The notes: generated by a model from the sequence alone, not told the origin. DNA of 64,000 nucleotides from Leptospira sp. (GCA_034439575.1 JAWXAQ010000033.1:160001-224000), one strand, 5' to 3'; shown: positions 1-10,205, numbered from the stretch's first letter. Translations and numbers: made by a program.

Positions 1-1
1 T

Positions 2-778
2 CCAACTTCCCCTAAACTTCCAGATAAAATTGATCTTGAAGTGAAGCGATTAGAAGAGCGATCAAAAATTGATACTACATCTGAAAGTGAAAGGCAACAA
101 GCGGCAGATATCATAAAGGGATTTGTTGAACAAAAAGAAGATCGATTGTCTCATATTTTACCCACTCAATCAAATGATATTTCTGAATTAATGTCCACTA
201 AAGACATTAAAAAATTAGAAAATATTGTAAATACAGGTATGATGAACGCTGGTGTCGTACTTTCTCAGTTAGTCGGTAAAGAAGTGGAACTCTTTATTCC
301 TGAAATTAAATTAACTGATAGAGAAGGATTGGCAAAAGAATTTCGTTTTTCCAATGATGAATTTTTCGGTGTTAAAATTCGTATGAATGGAGATCTTAAC
401 GGCAATTTACTTATGATGTTTTCTGAAGAGAATGGTTCTGAAATTGCGAAAGAACTTCTGGGTTCTGAGGACGCCAAACACGGATCAAACGGAAATCGGC
501 TTTCCGATGATATGGTTTCGGTACTTTCCGAAATCTCAAATATTGTTTGTTCTAGTGTTATGAATTCTCTATCTAATAAAATGAAAAAAGAAATACTCCC
601 TTCAGTTCCTGAAATGATTACAGGTAGTTTTCTTGATGTGATAGACATAGTTAAGCCGGAGCGGACAAAATTTCTATCTATGCATACAGAGTTTAATCAT
701 CAAGGAAGTAATTTACTTGGCGTATTGCTCTTTTTGCCCGACTTTGATGAGTTAGTTGGTCTGATCCAAAAATCATGA
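2..778 (+). CDS. C-terminal CheC-like phosphatase domain of a larger chemotaxis protein (probably CheA-CheC fusion); 5'-truncated by window edge
   Basis: Frame is open from nt 2 (PTSPKLPDKIDLEV...) with no stop before the ORF-track GTG at 41; CheC pattern (LSQLVGKEVEL..P, LSEISNI, PSVP); overlaps cheB start. Confidence 0.75.
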   Translation, partial: PTSPKLPDKIDLEVKRLEERSKIDTTSESERQQAADIIKGFVEQKEDRLSHILPTQSNDISELMSTKDIKKLENIVNTGMMNAGVVLSQLVGKEVELFIPEIKLTDREGLAKEFRFSNDEFFGVKIRMNGDLNGNLLMMFSEENGSEIAKELLGSEDAKHGSNGNRLSDDMVSVLSEISNIVCSSVMNSLSNKMKKEILPSVPEMITGSFLDVIDIVKPERTKFLSMHTEFNHQGSNLLGVLLFLPDFDELVGLIQKS

Positions 779-1854
779 TCGGAAAACCAAAAATTATTAT
801 CATCGATGATTCTTTGTTAGTGAGAAACATTCTGAGTGATGTTTTAGAAAAGAAAGCTGGCTTTGAAGTAATTGCTACCGGTAAAACGGGTCTTGATGGT
901 GTTGAACTTGCCGAAAAACTAAAACCTGATTTTATCATACTTGATATCGAAATGCCCGTCATGGATGGCTTGACTGCTCTCGCTGAAATCAAAAAAAGAA
1001 AATTAAATTCTGCTGTAATTATGTTATCGGTTCTAACCCAGCATGGTGCAGATGCAACTTTCAAAGCTCTTGAGTTAGGTGCTATAGATTTCGTATCAAA
1101 ACCTTCATCTGGAAACCAATTTTCTCCTGATCAAATTGCAGATGTCATTTCGCAAAAAATTCGAGGCTTTCTCGATTCTAGAAGTAACCCTAGGATTTTC
1201 GGGCATCCCCAGGCTAGCACAGTCACTTCGCTTAGAGAAATTCCAAATAAAAGTTTTCAAAAACAGGACTCGATAAACGCTATTGCAATAGGCACTTCCA
1301 CGGGAGGGCCGAAAGCGCTTCAAACCTTATTTAGTGCTTTTCCAAATGACTTTTTACGTCCTATCCTTGTTGTGCAGCATATGCCCCCAGGATTTACAAA
1401 GGCATTTGCGGATCGGCTCAATTCTTTAAGTAAAGTAAAGGTAAAAGAAGCAGAACAAGGTGACATCATTGAGCCTGGAAATGCATACATTGCCCCTGGT
1501 GATTTCCAAATGCGCGTTGTAGCAAAAAATGGTTATAAAATGATAGATTTGCAACAGTCACAAACTGTAAACGGACACAGGCCATCGATTGAAGTTTTAT
1601 TTGATTCAATGGCAGAAGTATATGGCCCGAACCACCTACTTTCTGTTATAATGACAGGCATGGGTCGAGATGGTGCGCAATCGATTACTAATATTCATAG
1701 TAAGGGTGGTATCACACTTGCACAAGATGAACCCAGTTCGGTTGTATATGGTATGAATCGAGCTGCTGTAGAAATGGGGGGGATAGATCATATCCTTCCA
1801 GTTGAAGAAATTGTACCGAAGATGATTGAGTTATTAAGAGCGAGAGGAAATTAA
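775..1854 (+). CDS. cheB: Chemotaxis response regulator protein-glutamate methylesterase
   Basis: REC domain (IIDDS, LDIEMP) plus methylesterase motifs GTSTGG, VQHMP, HRPSIEVLF, MTGMGRDG. Confidence 0.97.
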   Translation: MIGKPKIIIIDDSLLVRNILSDVLEKKAGFEVIATGKTGLDGVELAEKLKPDFIILDIEMPVMDGLTALAEIKKRKLNSAVIMLSVLTQHGADATFKALELGAIDFVSKPSSGNQFSPDQIADVISQKIRGFLDSRSNPRIFGHPQASTVTSLREIPNKSFQKQDSINAIAIGTSTGGPKALQTLFSAFPNDFLRPILVVQHMPPGFTKAFADRLNSLSKVKVKEAEQGDIIEPGNAYIAPGDFQMRVVAKNGYKMIDLQQSQTVNGHRPSIEVLFDSMAEVYGPNHLLSVIMTGMGRDGAQSITNIHSKGGITLAQDEPSSVVYGMNRAAVEMGGIDHILPVEEIVPKMIELLRARGN

Positions 1855-1855
1855 A

Positions 1856-2218
1856 ATGGCAAGAATATTAGTTGTTGATGATGCAAAGTTTATGAGAACA
1901 CTCGTGAAAGACGCATTAGTTGGGGCAGGACACGAAATTGTAGGTGAAGCTGAAAATGGCAATATTGCTATTGAACAGTATAAAGCCTTAAAACCTGATT
2001 TAGTCACTATGGATATCACTATGAGAGAGAAAGATGGTATCGAAGCGACTAAGGAAATTATAAAATTTGATGCTTCTGCAAAAATCATTATGGTGACGGC
2101 ACTCGGGCAAGAAGACTTATTAGCAAAAGCTATCAAAATGGGAGTTAAGGATTTTGTAGTAAAACCTTTTCCTCCAGAAAGATTGCAACAAGCGGCCGCT
2201 AAAGCTTTAGGTATCTAG
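1856..2218 (+). CDS. cheY: Chemotaxis response regulator
   Basis: 120-aa single REC domain (VVDD, MDITM, KPF) following cheB; RBS GAGG. Confidence 0.93.
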   Translation: MARILVVDDAKFMRTLVKDALVGAGHEIVGEAENGNIAIEQYKALKPDLVTMDITMREKDGIEATKEIIKFDASAKIIMVTALGQEDLLAKAIKMGVKDFVVKPFPPERLQQAAAKALGI

Positions 2219-2219
2219 A

Positions 2220-2960
2220 TTGAGTCAGACCCCGGAATTTGTCGTCCGGTGGAATAACCAGGACGGAGGACTGACCGAAGGACCTATAAGTGTTCTTTGG
2301 AGTCTGATTGATAGTTATAAAGTAGATATTTTTGAAGTCTCCCTCGCTCGCATAACTTCAGACTTCATTCAATTTTTACGAACAACACAATCACTTTCTA
2401 TAGAACTGACATCTGAATTTGCCGTAATGGCATCTCACTTAGTGTATTTAAAATCAAAAGCTTTGTTACCAGATCCTGGTTTTGAAGAAGAGGACTATGA
2501 TCCTCCTTTGCCTAAGGAATTGGTTGATAAACTTTTAGAACATAAAAAATTTCAAATCGCCGGGCAAAAGTTAGCCGAACTTGATCGCATTACATCTGGT
2601 ATGTTTACTCGTGAAACCAATCAGGTCCTGGAAGAAGAAGAAACTTGGCTTGATGTAAGTTTAGTAGACTTGATTTCTGCTTTTAATTCTATTCTAGAAA
2701 AAGAATCTGAAAATATAGAAGAACCTCCAATATATGAGGGGCATCAGCAATATTCAGTTGAAGATAAAATGGAATATTTGCAAAGTTTACTAGATACGAA
2801 AGGTGAAATTCACTTTTTAGATATATTTACCGTTCCAAATCCTGATAAAAAAGAAGTTGTCGCAGGCTTTCTCGCTGTATTAGAAACAGTTAAAATTCGA
2901 ATTTGCAAGGTAGTCCAACATAAGGTGTTTGGCGAAATAAAAATAGTAAAGGTTGCTTAG
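2220..2960 (+). CDS. scpA: Segregation and condensation protein A (kleisin)
   Basis: EGP..L..LI...VDIFEVSL, LVYLKSKALLP, FLAVLE, GEI; adjacent to scpB. Confidence 0.93.
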   Translation: MSQTPEFVVRWNNQDGGLTEGPISVLWSLIDSYKVDIFEVSLARITSDFIQFLRTTQSLSIELTSEFAVMASHLVYLKSKALLPDPGFEEEDYDPPLPKELVDKLLEHKKFQIAGQKLAELDRITSGMFTRETNQVLEEEETWLDVSLVDLISAFNSILEKESENIEEPPIYEGHQQYSVEDKMEYLQSLLDTKGEIHFLDIFTVPNPDKKEVVAGFLAVLETVKIRICKVVQHKVFGEIKIVKVA

Positions 2961-2963
2961 ATT

Positions 2964-3683
2964 TTGGAAGATCGCAAATACATTCGAGGATTACTCGAGG
3001 CACTATTGTTTTTGTCTTCGTCTCCGATTAAACTTTCCGCATTAGCAAAGTCATGCGGTATTGAGAAAACAGAAGCAAGAGAATTATTAGATGAATTGAT
3101 ATTGGATTATGAAGAGAAGGAAGGCGGATTTCATCTTCGAGAAATCGCTGGCGGTTATCAATTTATCACAAGTCAAATTTATAGTGAAGCCTTATCAAAT
3201 ATATTCAAAGATAAAAAAAGAGAAACTCTCTCACGGGGAACACTCGATACTTTAGCTATTTTGGCTTACAAACAACCTATCACTTTGAATGAGTTAGACG
3301 AAATACGCGGTGTATCTTCAAGGGCTATGGTCGCATCCTTGATGTCAAAAAAATTAGTTAAGGCTGTAGGCCAAAAAGAAGTTCCTGGTAGACCCACTTT
3401 ATATGGAACTACAAATGATTTTTTATTGCACTTTGGATTAAGTAAACTTTCAGATTTGCCTACACCTGTGGAAGTGAAGGAATTAAAATTCGAAGAATTT
3501 TCCAGCGATTCTATTGAGATATCAGAAGATGGTGATGGATTAAATCCAGACTTTGACCAGACCACATTACCTGAAGAATTACAGATGAGTGAAGTTCAAA
3601 GGCCAGATAGTTCCGAATTTGAGAATCATCCAGATTCTGTTCCTTCGGAATCACAAAACTTTGAAACAGAAGATCAAGTATGA
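2964..3683 (+). CDS. scpB: Segregation and condensation protein B
   Basis: LEALLF, AGGYQF, LSRGTLDTLAILAYKQPIT, PGRPTLYGTT..FL..FGL. Confidence 0.95.
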   Translation: MEDRKYIRGLLEALLFLSSSPIKLSALAKSCGIEKTEARELLDELILDYEEKEGGFHLREIAGGYQFITSQIYSEALSNIFKDKKRETLSRGTLDTLAILAYKQPITLNELDEIRGVSSRAMVASLMSKKLVKAVGQKEVPGRPTLYGTTNDFLLHFGLSKLSDLPTPVEVKELKFEEFSSDSIEISEDGDGLNPDFDQTTLPEELQMSEVQRPDSSEFENHPDSVPSESQNFETEDQV

Positions 3684-4768
3684 GTTCACCTGAAATTGAA
3701 TTAAATAAACTACGGTCAGAAATAGATGCACTAGACGAACAAATTATAAGTTTGATACAAAAACGTGCTGAATTTGCGCAACAAATTGGGCATGTAAAAA
3801 AAAATTCAAATGAACCAATATATAGACCAGATCGTGAAAGAGACGTATATGATAAGGTTTCAAAAAAATCGAATGGTCCACTTCCAGCGAGCGTTATACG
3901 AGCCATATATCGTGAGATGATGTCTGGTACAATTGCCCTTGAACATCCGTTAAAGGTAGGGTATCTTGGCCCAGAAGGTTCTTTTTCATACGAAGCTCTT
4001 AGAAATAAATTTGGTTCTTCTATTGATTCAATTCCCATGCCTACAATTCCAGATGTATTCCGTGCAGTTGATTCTGGACAAATCGAATATGGAATCGTTC
4101 CTGTGGAAAATTCTACTGAAGGTCAGGTAAGCTCCACCTTAGATATGTTACTTGAGACCAAAGTAGTTATATATTCTGAATTTTATAAAAAGATACAGTT
4201 TTCATTATTAGGTTTTGATATTGATCTAGGAAATATACATAAGTTATATGGTATACGTATTGCCAATGAACAATGTAGAAATTGGATATCGGCAAATTTA
4301 TCTCATGCAGAAATCATTGAAACTTCATCCACAGCTATGGCCGCCAAAATGGTCGCAGAGTTAAAAGAAGGAGCTGCTATCGCTTCTAAAATTGCAGCGG
4401 ATATTTATGGGCTAAGCATTTTACGGGAAGGAATCGAAGATTTTTCAGGAAACACAACACGTTTTTTAGTTATAGGCAAAACTGAATGTCCGCCAACAGG
4501 AAAAGATAAAACATCTTTAGTTATCTCTCTTCCTAATAAAACTGGTTCTCTTTTTTCAGTCTTACAAAAGTTTAATGAACATTCTTTAAACTTACTTAAA
4601 ATAGAATCGAGACCATTGAAAAAAAACCGATGGGAATACAATTTCTTTATTGATTTTGTCGGTCATAAACAAGATCTAAAAATAAAACAGATATTAGACG
4701 AAATTAAAGTCCATTGTATTGGATTTGATGTCCTCGGTTCGTATCCCTTAGCTGATGAAAATCAATGA
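3680..4768 (+). CDS. pheA: Chorismate mutase/prephenate dehydratase (P-protein)
   Basis: LRSEIDALD CM domain; YLGPEGSFS, PVENSTEG, NTTRF, IESRP ACT domain. Confidence 0.95.
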   Translation: MSSPEIELNKLRSEIDALDEQIISLIQKRAEFAQQIGHVKKNSNEPIYRPDRERDVYDKVSKKSNGPLPASVIRAIYREMMSGTIALEHPLKVGYLGPEGSFSYEALRNKFGSSIDSIPMPTIPDVFRAVDSGQIEYGIVPVENSTEGQVSSTLDMLLETKVVIYSEFYKKIQFSLLGFDIDLGNIHKLYGIRIANEQCRNWISANLSHAEIIETSSTAMAAKMVAELKEGAAIASKIAADIYGLSILREGIEDFSGNTTRFLVIGKTECPPTGKDKTSLVISLPNKTGSLFSVLQKFNEHSLNLLKIESRPLKKNRWEYNFFIDFVGHKQDLKIKQILDEIKVHCIGFDVLGSYPLADENQ

Positions 4769-5661
4769 AGTCTCTTGATCATATTCTCATTTTCGGTATG
4801 GGCCTTATGGGTGGCTCTCTATCTCTAGCGATTAAAAAAAAATATCCTGATGTTAAAGTCACAGGCATTGTTCGTTCAGAAAAATCTAAAATTGAAATTA
4901 TTGAAAGTCGTATCGCAGATGAAGCGATACTGGAATCAGATTTTTTACTTAAGGCAAATTGGGGAGATTATGATTTTATAATATTTGCAACACCTGTACA
5001 AACAGTTGTGAATTATATTCCAAAGTTAAAAAATTTTAAAGACTTATATATAACAGATCTAGGATCTACGAAAAAATCTATCATTGATGAAGTGAATCTT
5101 CAATTTAATGAAGATCATAATTATATTTCTTCTCATCCTATGTGCGGTTCCGAATTTTCAGGACCAAGTGCCGCAAAGCATGATTTATATGAAAATAAAC
5201 TATGTATTGTTACGCGAGCTGAAAAATCTTCTTTAGAAGCTTCTGATTTTGTCAGAAATTTTTGGGATAAGATAGGTTCCTGGACCATGGAAATGGATGC
5301 ATCTGAACATGATGAGATATTATCGTATCTTTCCCATCTTCCACATATAATTTCAACGATACTAGTTGAAACAGCTATACAAAACAAAACTGTGAAAAAA
5401 ATTGTTTCTGCATCAGAAAAGGCGATCACTGGTGGTGGATTTCGAGATATGTCTCGCATTGCCGGTTCAAATTATGAAATGTGGGAATCTATTTTTACAG
5501 CTAATAAATCGTTTATTCATCGTTCGCTGATTGAGTTCAAAACACAAATAGAACAGATAATAAATGAATTTGATCCAAAAAAGGAAATAGATCGAGAAAA
5601 ATTACATCAATTGTGGAATGATGCCTTGAAAGCAAAGGAAATCATCCAAAAAACGAAATGA
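4765..5661 (+). CDS. tyrA: Prephenate dehydrogenase
   Basis: GMGLMGGS Rossmann, TDLGSTK, HPMCGSE, HD...SHLPH, GGFRDMSRIA. Confidence 0.93.
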   Translation: MKSLDHILIFGMGLMGGSLSLAIKKKYPDVKVTGIVRSEKSKIEIIESRIADEAILESDFLLKANWGDYDFIIFATPVQTVVNYIPKLKNFKDLYITDLGSTKKSIIDEVNLQFNEDHNYISSHPMCGSEFSGPSAAKHDLYENKLCIVTRAEKSSLEASDFVRNFWDKIGSWTMEMDASEHDEILSYLSHLPHIISTILVETAIQNKTVKKIVSASEKAITGGGFRDMSRIAGSNYEMWESIFTANKSFIHRSLIEFKTQIEQIINEFDPKKEIDREKLHQLWNDALKAKEIIQKTK

Positions 5662-6815
5662 AATTTGTAAAAAATTTATCAAAATTTTCTGGATGTAAGG
5701 CTGGAATTTTAACAAACCAAAGTGCATTTGGATTTGAAGGTTCTTATCATTTTGATGTTTATAAAAAATTTGTTGATTTGAAAGTATTATTTCTCCCAGA
5801 ACATGGTTTATTCGCAGAATTACAAGACCAAGTAAGTGGATCAGAATTAAGTTATCTGTTTGGTGATACTCGCATCGTAAATTTATACGGTGATACAGAA
5901 GAAAGTTTATCACCCAGTGCAGATACATTAAAAGAATTGGATATCATCATTATAGATATCCGAGATGTCGGATCGAGATATTATACTTTTTTGACTACCG
6001 CCTATTATATATTGGAAGCAGTGTCAAAATTAAAAAAGAATTATGCACGAGCACCACTTGTGGTAGTGATTGATTCACCAAATCCAATAGGCGAAACAGT
6101 CGAAGGAACAAGACTTCAATCTCAATATGAATCTTTTGTCGGCGTACGTTCTGTATTGCACAGACATGGATTGACCCCTGGCGGATTACTTAATTATTAC
6201 AATAACGAGTTTGAACTTAAATTGGATATAGCACTTGTTCCAGTAGGTGTATATCATTCAAAGAATTTTAATGCTTTCCAATGGGTTCCCCCTTCACCAA
6301 ATATTCCATCACAAAATACATGTTATGTCTATCCTGGTCAATGTTTATTAGAAGGAACTAATCTTTCAGAAGGAAGGGGTACTACAAAACCTTTTGAGAC
6401 TTTTGGCGCACCTTACCTTAAGGGAGATGCAAAAATTGAATTGGACAAAAGATTATTTAAACACCAGTCAAAATCTATGACTTTAAGACAGCTAAGATTT
6501 TTACCTACATTTCACAAATACAAAGATCAAATTTGTGAAGGTTATCAATTAATCATAGATAAACCAAAAAAGTTTCATTCTCTTTATTTCACTTTGTTTT
6601 TTTTGAAAAATGTTTTGGATTTATTTCCAGAACATTTTGAATTTTTAAAAGGTGTATATGAATTTCGATCTGACAGGCCAGCCATAGAACTTCTTATAGG
6701 GGATAGTTGTCTTTTGGACTATTTACATGGGAAAATATCCGATGTGGTGATCTGGGAATATTTGCAAGAACAAGAAAAATCCTGGTTTTCTCTAGTAAAA
6801 GAATTCAGATATTAG
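5658..6815 (+). CDS. DUF1343/NamZ-family exo-beta-N-acetylmuramidase-like protein
   Basis: GILTNQS, LFLPEHG, DIRDVGSRYYTF, DSPNPIG, RHGLT.G, WVPPSPNIP, SEGRGTTKPFE. Confidence 0.85.
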   Translation: MKFVKNLSKFSGCKAGILTNQSAFGFEGSYHFDVYKKFVDLKVLFLPEHGLFAELQDQVSGSELSYLFGDTRIVNLYGDTEESLSPSADTLKELDIIIIDIRDVGSRYYTFLTTAYYILEAVSKLKKNYARAPLVVVIDSPNPIGETVEGTRLQSQYESFVGVRSVLHRHGLTPGGLLNYYNNEFELKLDIALVPVGVYHSKNFNAFQWVPPSPNIPSQNTCYVYPGQCLLEGTNLSEGRGTTKPFETFGAPYLKGDAKIELDKRLFKHQSKSMTLRQLRFLPTFHKYKDQICEGYQLIIDKPKKFHSLYFTLFFLKNVLDLFPEHFEFLKGVYEFRSDRPAIELLIGDSCLLDYLHGKISDVVIWEYLQEQEKSWFSLVKEFRY

Positions 6816-6861
6816 ATTTTTTTTTAGCGAAATAGACTTGATACAACTCTAAGTATTAGAT

Positions 6862-7464
6862 ATGAAGATCTCTATGACTCAAATCATTCGAAGAATTTCC
6901 CTAGCGTTCATTCTGTTTGCACTTGTTAGCAATTGCGGCTATAACCGTATCCAAGAATTGGATGAAGAGGTTACCGCATCATGGGCTGAAGTGTTGAATC
7001 AATACAAACGAAGAGACGATTTGGTGCCAAACTTGGTAGCAGCGACTAAGGGTTTTGCTAAACAAGAAAAAGAAATCATGCAAGGAATTGCTGATGCTCG
7101 TTCCAAACTCGGTTCAATCCAAGCAACCCCAGAATTATTAAGAGACCCAGAAGCCTTTAAAAAATTTACACAAGCACAAGGTGAGTTAGGTTCTTTTCTC
7201 GGAAGGTTGATGTCGATTCAAGAAAATTATCCTGAGTTAAAATCAAGCCAGCTTTTTTCAGATCTAACAGCACAGTTGGAAGGCACAGAAAATCGTATAA
7301 CAGTAGCTAGAAACAGATTTATCAAAGCTACCAAAGATTATAATATTTTTATACGTCAATTTCCTCAAGTGTTGACTGCCAAGGCTTTTGGTTATGATTC
7401 TAAACCAACCTTTACAGTTGAAGATGAGAAAAAAATCGAAAATGCACCTAAAATAGAATTCTAA
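6862..7464 (+). CDS. lemA: LemA family protein (probable lipoprotein)
   Basis: NCGYN, WAEV..QYKRR.DLVPNLV, ENYPELKS, LEGTENRITVAR; start may be the second Met. Confidence 0.92.
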   Translation: MKISMTQIIRRISLAFILFALVSNCGYNRIQELDEEVTASWAEVLNQYKRRDDLVPNLVAATKGFAKQEKEIMQGIADARSKLGSIQATPELLRDPEAFKKFTQAQGELGSFLGRLMSIQENYPELKSSQLFSDLTAQLEGTENRITVARNRFIKATKDYNIFIRQFPQVLTAKAFGYDSKPTFTVEDEKKIENAPKIEF

Positions 7465-8891
7465 AACTGAAAGTAAACGAAAGGACTAGATACAGCGACG
7501 CTATAAATTAGAAAAGCTGTTACATACATTATCGAACAAATAGTGTAAAGTATCAGTGGACGCTCCATGATAAAATCAAAAGCGTCCTCTTTGTTATTTT
7601 GGACTATATCCACAAAAAATAAAAATCCTATCACACCTATCAATTCAATCGGAACTGTGATACCTTTTCCTTCAGTAAATGCAAATGCTTGGCCAAGCAT
7701 TTGAAAGGAAACATTGATTCCAAGAGGGATGGATTCTGTTGGTCTGGCGCGAAAGAAAAAGATAGCTATAAGAAATATGGAAAGGGGATAAATCGGTTGT
7801 AGCCATCGAGGGACTTTTTCCCAAGCATCTCGCATAACTTTAAATTTAAAAACAAATTTTTCTACAACCATCATAAAGGCGTGAGTGGCTCCCCAGAGAA
7901 CATAAGTCCAATCTGCACCATGCCAAATTCCAGAAACAAAGGTTGTAATAAATAAATTGATAAAAGAGAAAAGTTCGCCCCTGCGATTTCCGCCAAGAGA
8001 GATATAAACATAATCTCTTAACCAAGAAGAAAAAGATATATGCCAGCGTCGCCAAAGTTCCGTTAAGGTTCCTGAAAGGTAGGGCCTGTCAAAATTTTTA
8101 GGAATATGAAATCCTAAAATTCGACCCGTCCCAATGGCAATGTCCGAATAACCTGAGAAGTCACAATAAATTTGAACTCCAAAAAGTATAGCCGCTATCC
8201 ATAAAGTAGAGCCACTATAAATAGTGGGATCGGCAAATATTGGATCTATAATCGCTGTTATAGGATCAGCAATAAAAGTTTTTTTGAATACACCCCAGAA
8301 AAATTGTTTGAGACCTTTGTTTAGATTGTCTTTTTGGAACTCTTTCGGCTCTAAAAATTGGTGCAATACATCACTGGCACGTAATATCGGGCCTGCAACT
8401 AATTGTGGAAAAAATGCCAAAAATAAACCAAAGTGAAAAATTGACTTCGCTGGTTTGACTACACCCCTGTAAACATCTACTGCATAGGAAACTGCTTGGA
8501 GTGTAAAAAAACTAATGCCCATAGGTAGGATTACTCCCACCAAAGGGATGTAATTCGGATCACAAACTTCTCGCCCTAAAAAAAGATTGATGGATGCGAT
8601 CGAGAAATCCAAATATTTGAATGCAAAAAGTAATCCAAGATTTCCCCAGATAGAAACGGAAAGCCAAAAGAATTTTAGATTTTGTTTATCCGTTTTTTCC
8701 ATCGCATCGACAGCAAGTTTAGTTAATACGAAGGAAAAGATGAGTAAGATTAAAAATGGAATTTTAAAAATGGCATAAAAATATAAACTAACAAGAAATA
8801 GGAGGATTCCTTGAAATCTTTTTGGTATTGTAAAGTATAATAGAATGACTATTGGAGCAAAAATAAAGTAATGCGTTGAATTAAATAACAC
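7461..8891 (-). CDS. MBOAT family O-acyltransferase (AlgI/PatA/DltB-like)
   Basis: MLFNS, LPMGISFFTLQ, FFPQLVAGPI, DFSGYSDIAIG, WRRWHISFSSW, GIWHGA, C-terminal FVYFQF. Confidence 0.93.
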   Translation of the reverse strand: MLFNSTHYFIFAPIVILLYFTIPKRFQGILLFLVSLYFYAIFKIPFLILLIFSFVLTKLAVDAMEKTDKQNLKFFWLSVSIWGNLGLLFAFKYLDFSIASINLFLGREVCDPNYIPLVGVILPMGISFFTLQAVSYAVDVYRGVVKPAKSIFHFGLFLAFFPQLVAGPILRASDVLHQFLEPKEFQKDNLNKGLKQFFWGVFKKTFIADPITAIIDPIFADPTIYSGSTLWIAAILFGVQIYCDFSGYSDIAIGTGRILGFHIPKNFDRPYLSGTLTELWRRWHISFSSWLRDYVYISLGGNRRGELFSFINLFITTFVSGIWHGADWTYVLWGATHAFMMVVEKFVFKFKVMRDAWEKVPRWLQPIYPLSIFLIAIFFFRARPTESIPLGINVSFQMLGQAFAFTEGKGITVPIELIGVIGFLFFVDIVQNNKEDAFDFIMERPLILYTICSIMYVTAFLIYSVAVSSPFVYFQF

Positions 8892-10139
8892 TTAGTTTTC
8901 TGCTCCAAGTTCTTTTTTTATAGAATCGGCCACCCATTGATTTCCTAACTTTGTTAGATGTCCATCGCCTGGAATAAAATAATCTCTTATTTTTGTTTTA
9001 AAAGATTTATCATTTATGACCGTATCTGTTCCGCACATACTTTTGGTATATTTGGTTAGATCAATAAGTGGAACACCTTTTGATTCCCAATACTTTTTAG
9101 CACGTATTGCATAATTACCAAGAGGATGATATTTTCCATTTAGATAACAATAAATTTCTTCGACTTGCACGGGTATGGCGACGGGTCTCAATCTGAAATT
9201 GTGTTTTTTGCTAAGCTCCAACATCTTTTCGTAAGCGCCAATGGTCGTCGGAGTTAATTCTGGTAAGGTGTTCGGATTTGGAGCTTTGTCCAAACAGGTA
9301 AATTCATTTGTCGGAATCGGTTCTGGACAGATATGAGGATCAATATATGTATCCCCCTTACACTTTTTCTTATGAACCGTAAAAAAGAATGTATCATGTA
9401 AATATTCTAAAGGAGAAAAAATAGCCGAAGTAATTTCCTTTTTCCCTGCCAATTTATTTTGCGCCCAAATAATGACTGTTTGTTCATACGCTAACTTTAA
9501 TGCTTGTAAGAAAAAAGATATACGTGTGGCTTCAAACTGGAGTTTAAAGTTTTGTTTCCAATTCGGGTCATTTTCATGAATGGCATCCAGTTCATCATCT
9601 GGCAAAATGCCTTGATTTCTTAATACTTCTGGCATGGCAAAATCATTGGGCGAAATAAAGAATAAAACCTCTCTAACATTCGTTACTTTTTGCGAAATGT
9701 CTTCCAGCCTTTTGGCATCTCCCAGTGAACCATAGGCGTCCACACCTAAATTTAAAGTTTGATATGTTGTGCCTTGGATAGAAACACCATTTAACAAAGA
9801 ACAAAATGTTTCTTGATCAGAGACCCCAAAACCCATAACCATACTATCCCCAAGACAGAAAATCTTATAAGTTGCGGGATTTGGTTCTTCTAGTCCTCTT
9901 AAGCCCAGTGAATTTGTCGTAAATTGACCTTCCCATAAGCCTGCATGGTGTTTTACAAATCGACTCTCGTTTGCTTGCAGAGTCACGCCGTAGTCTTTGT
10001 GATAGGCATGAAGAAGTTTTACATCCCTATAATATTGTAATGAAGGAGGATTGAGGATTCGTAATGTGAATTCTACGCCTGCGATGGTGATTAGAAAAAA
10101 TAGTCCAAGAAAAACTATTTTTCGCAAAAACAACTTCAT
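8892..10139 (-). CDS. SGNH/GDSL hydrolase-family protein, N-terminally anchored (AlgJ/PatB-like partner)
   Basis: GDSM block I, NLGVDAYG, PND, DGH near C-terminus; abuts MBOAT gene. Confidence 0.8.
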   Translation of the reverse strand: MKLFLRKIVFLGLFFLITIAGVEFTLRILNPPSLQYYRDVKLLHAYHKDYGVTLQANESRFVKHHAGLWEGQFTTNSLGLRGLEEPNPATYKIFCLGDSMVMGFGVSDQETFCSLLNGVSIQGTTYQTLNLGVDAYGSLGDAKRLEDISQKVTNVREVLFFISPNDFAMPEVLRNQGILPDDELDAIHENDPNWKQNFKLQFEATRISFFLQALKLAYEQTVIIWAQNKLAGKKEITSAIFSPLEYLHDTFFFTVHKKKCKGDTYIDPHICPEPIPTNEFTCLDKAPNPNTLPELTPTTIGAYEKMLELSKKHNFRLRPVAIPVQVEEIYCYLNGKYHPLGNYAIRAKKYWESKGVPLIDLTKYTKSMCGTDTVINDKSFKTKIRDYFIPGDGHLTKLGNQWVADSIKKELGAEN

Positions 10140-10205
10140 CCTTCTAAATTTTTAGAATTCGCTAGAGAAGCAAGCATTTAGAGAGATATGTAAGAGTTTT
10201 GAAAT

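Noticed and set aside
3511-4038. 175-aa minus-strand ORF and the many other 60-140 aa nested ORFs in the track
   Set aside because: They lie inside well-supported genes and have no motifs
10142-10157. Palindrome TTCTAAATTTTTAGAA before the SGNH gene
   Set aside because: Very AT-rich; likely chance and no supporting context
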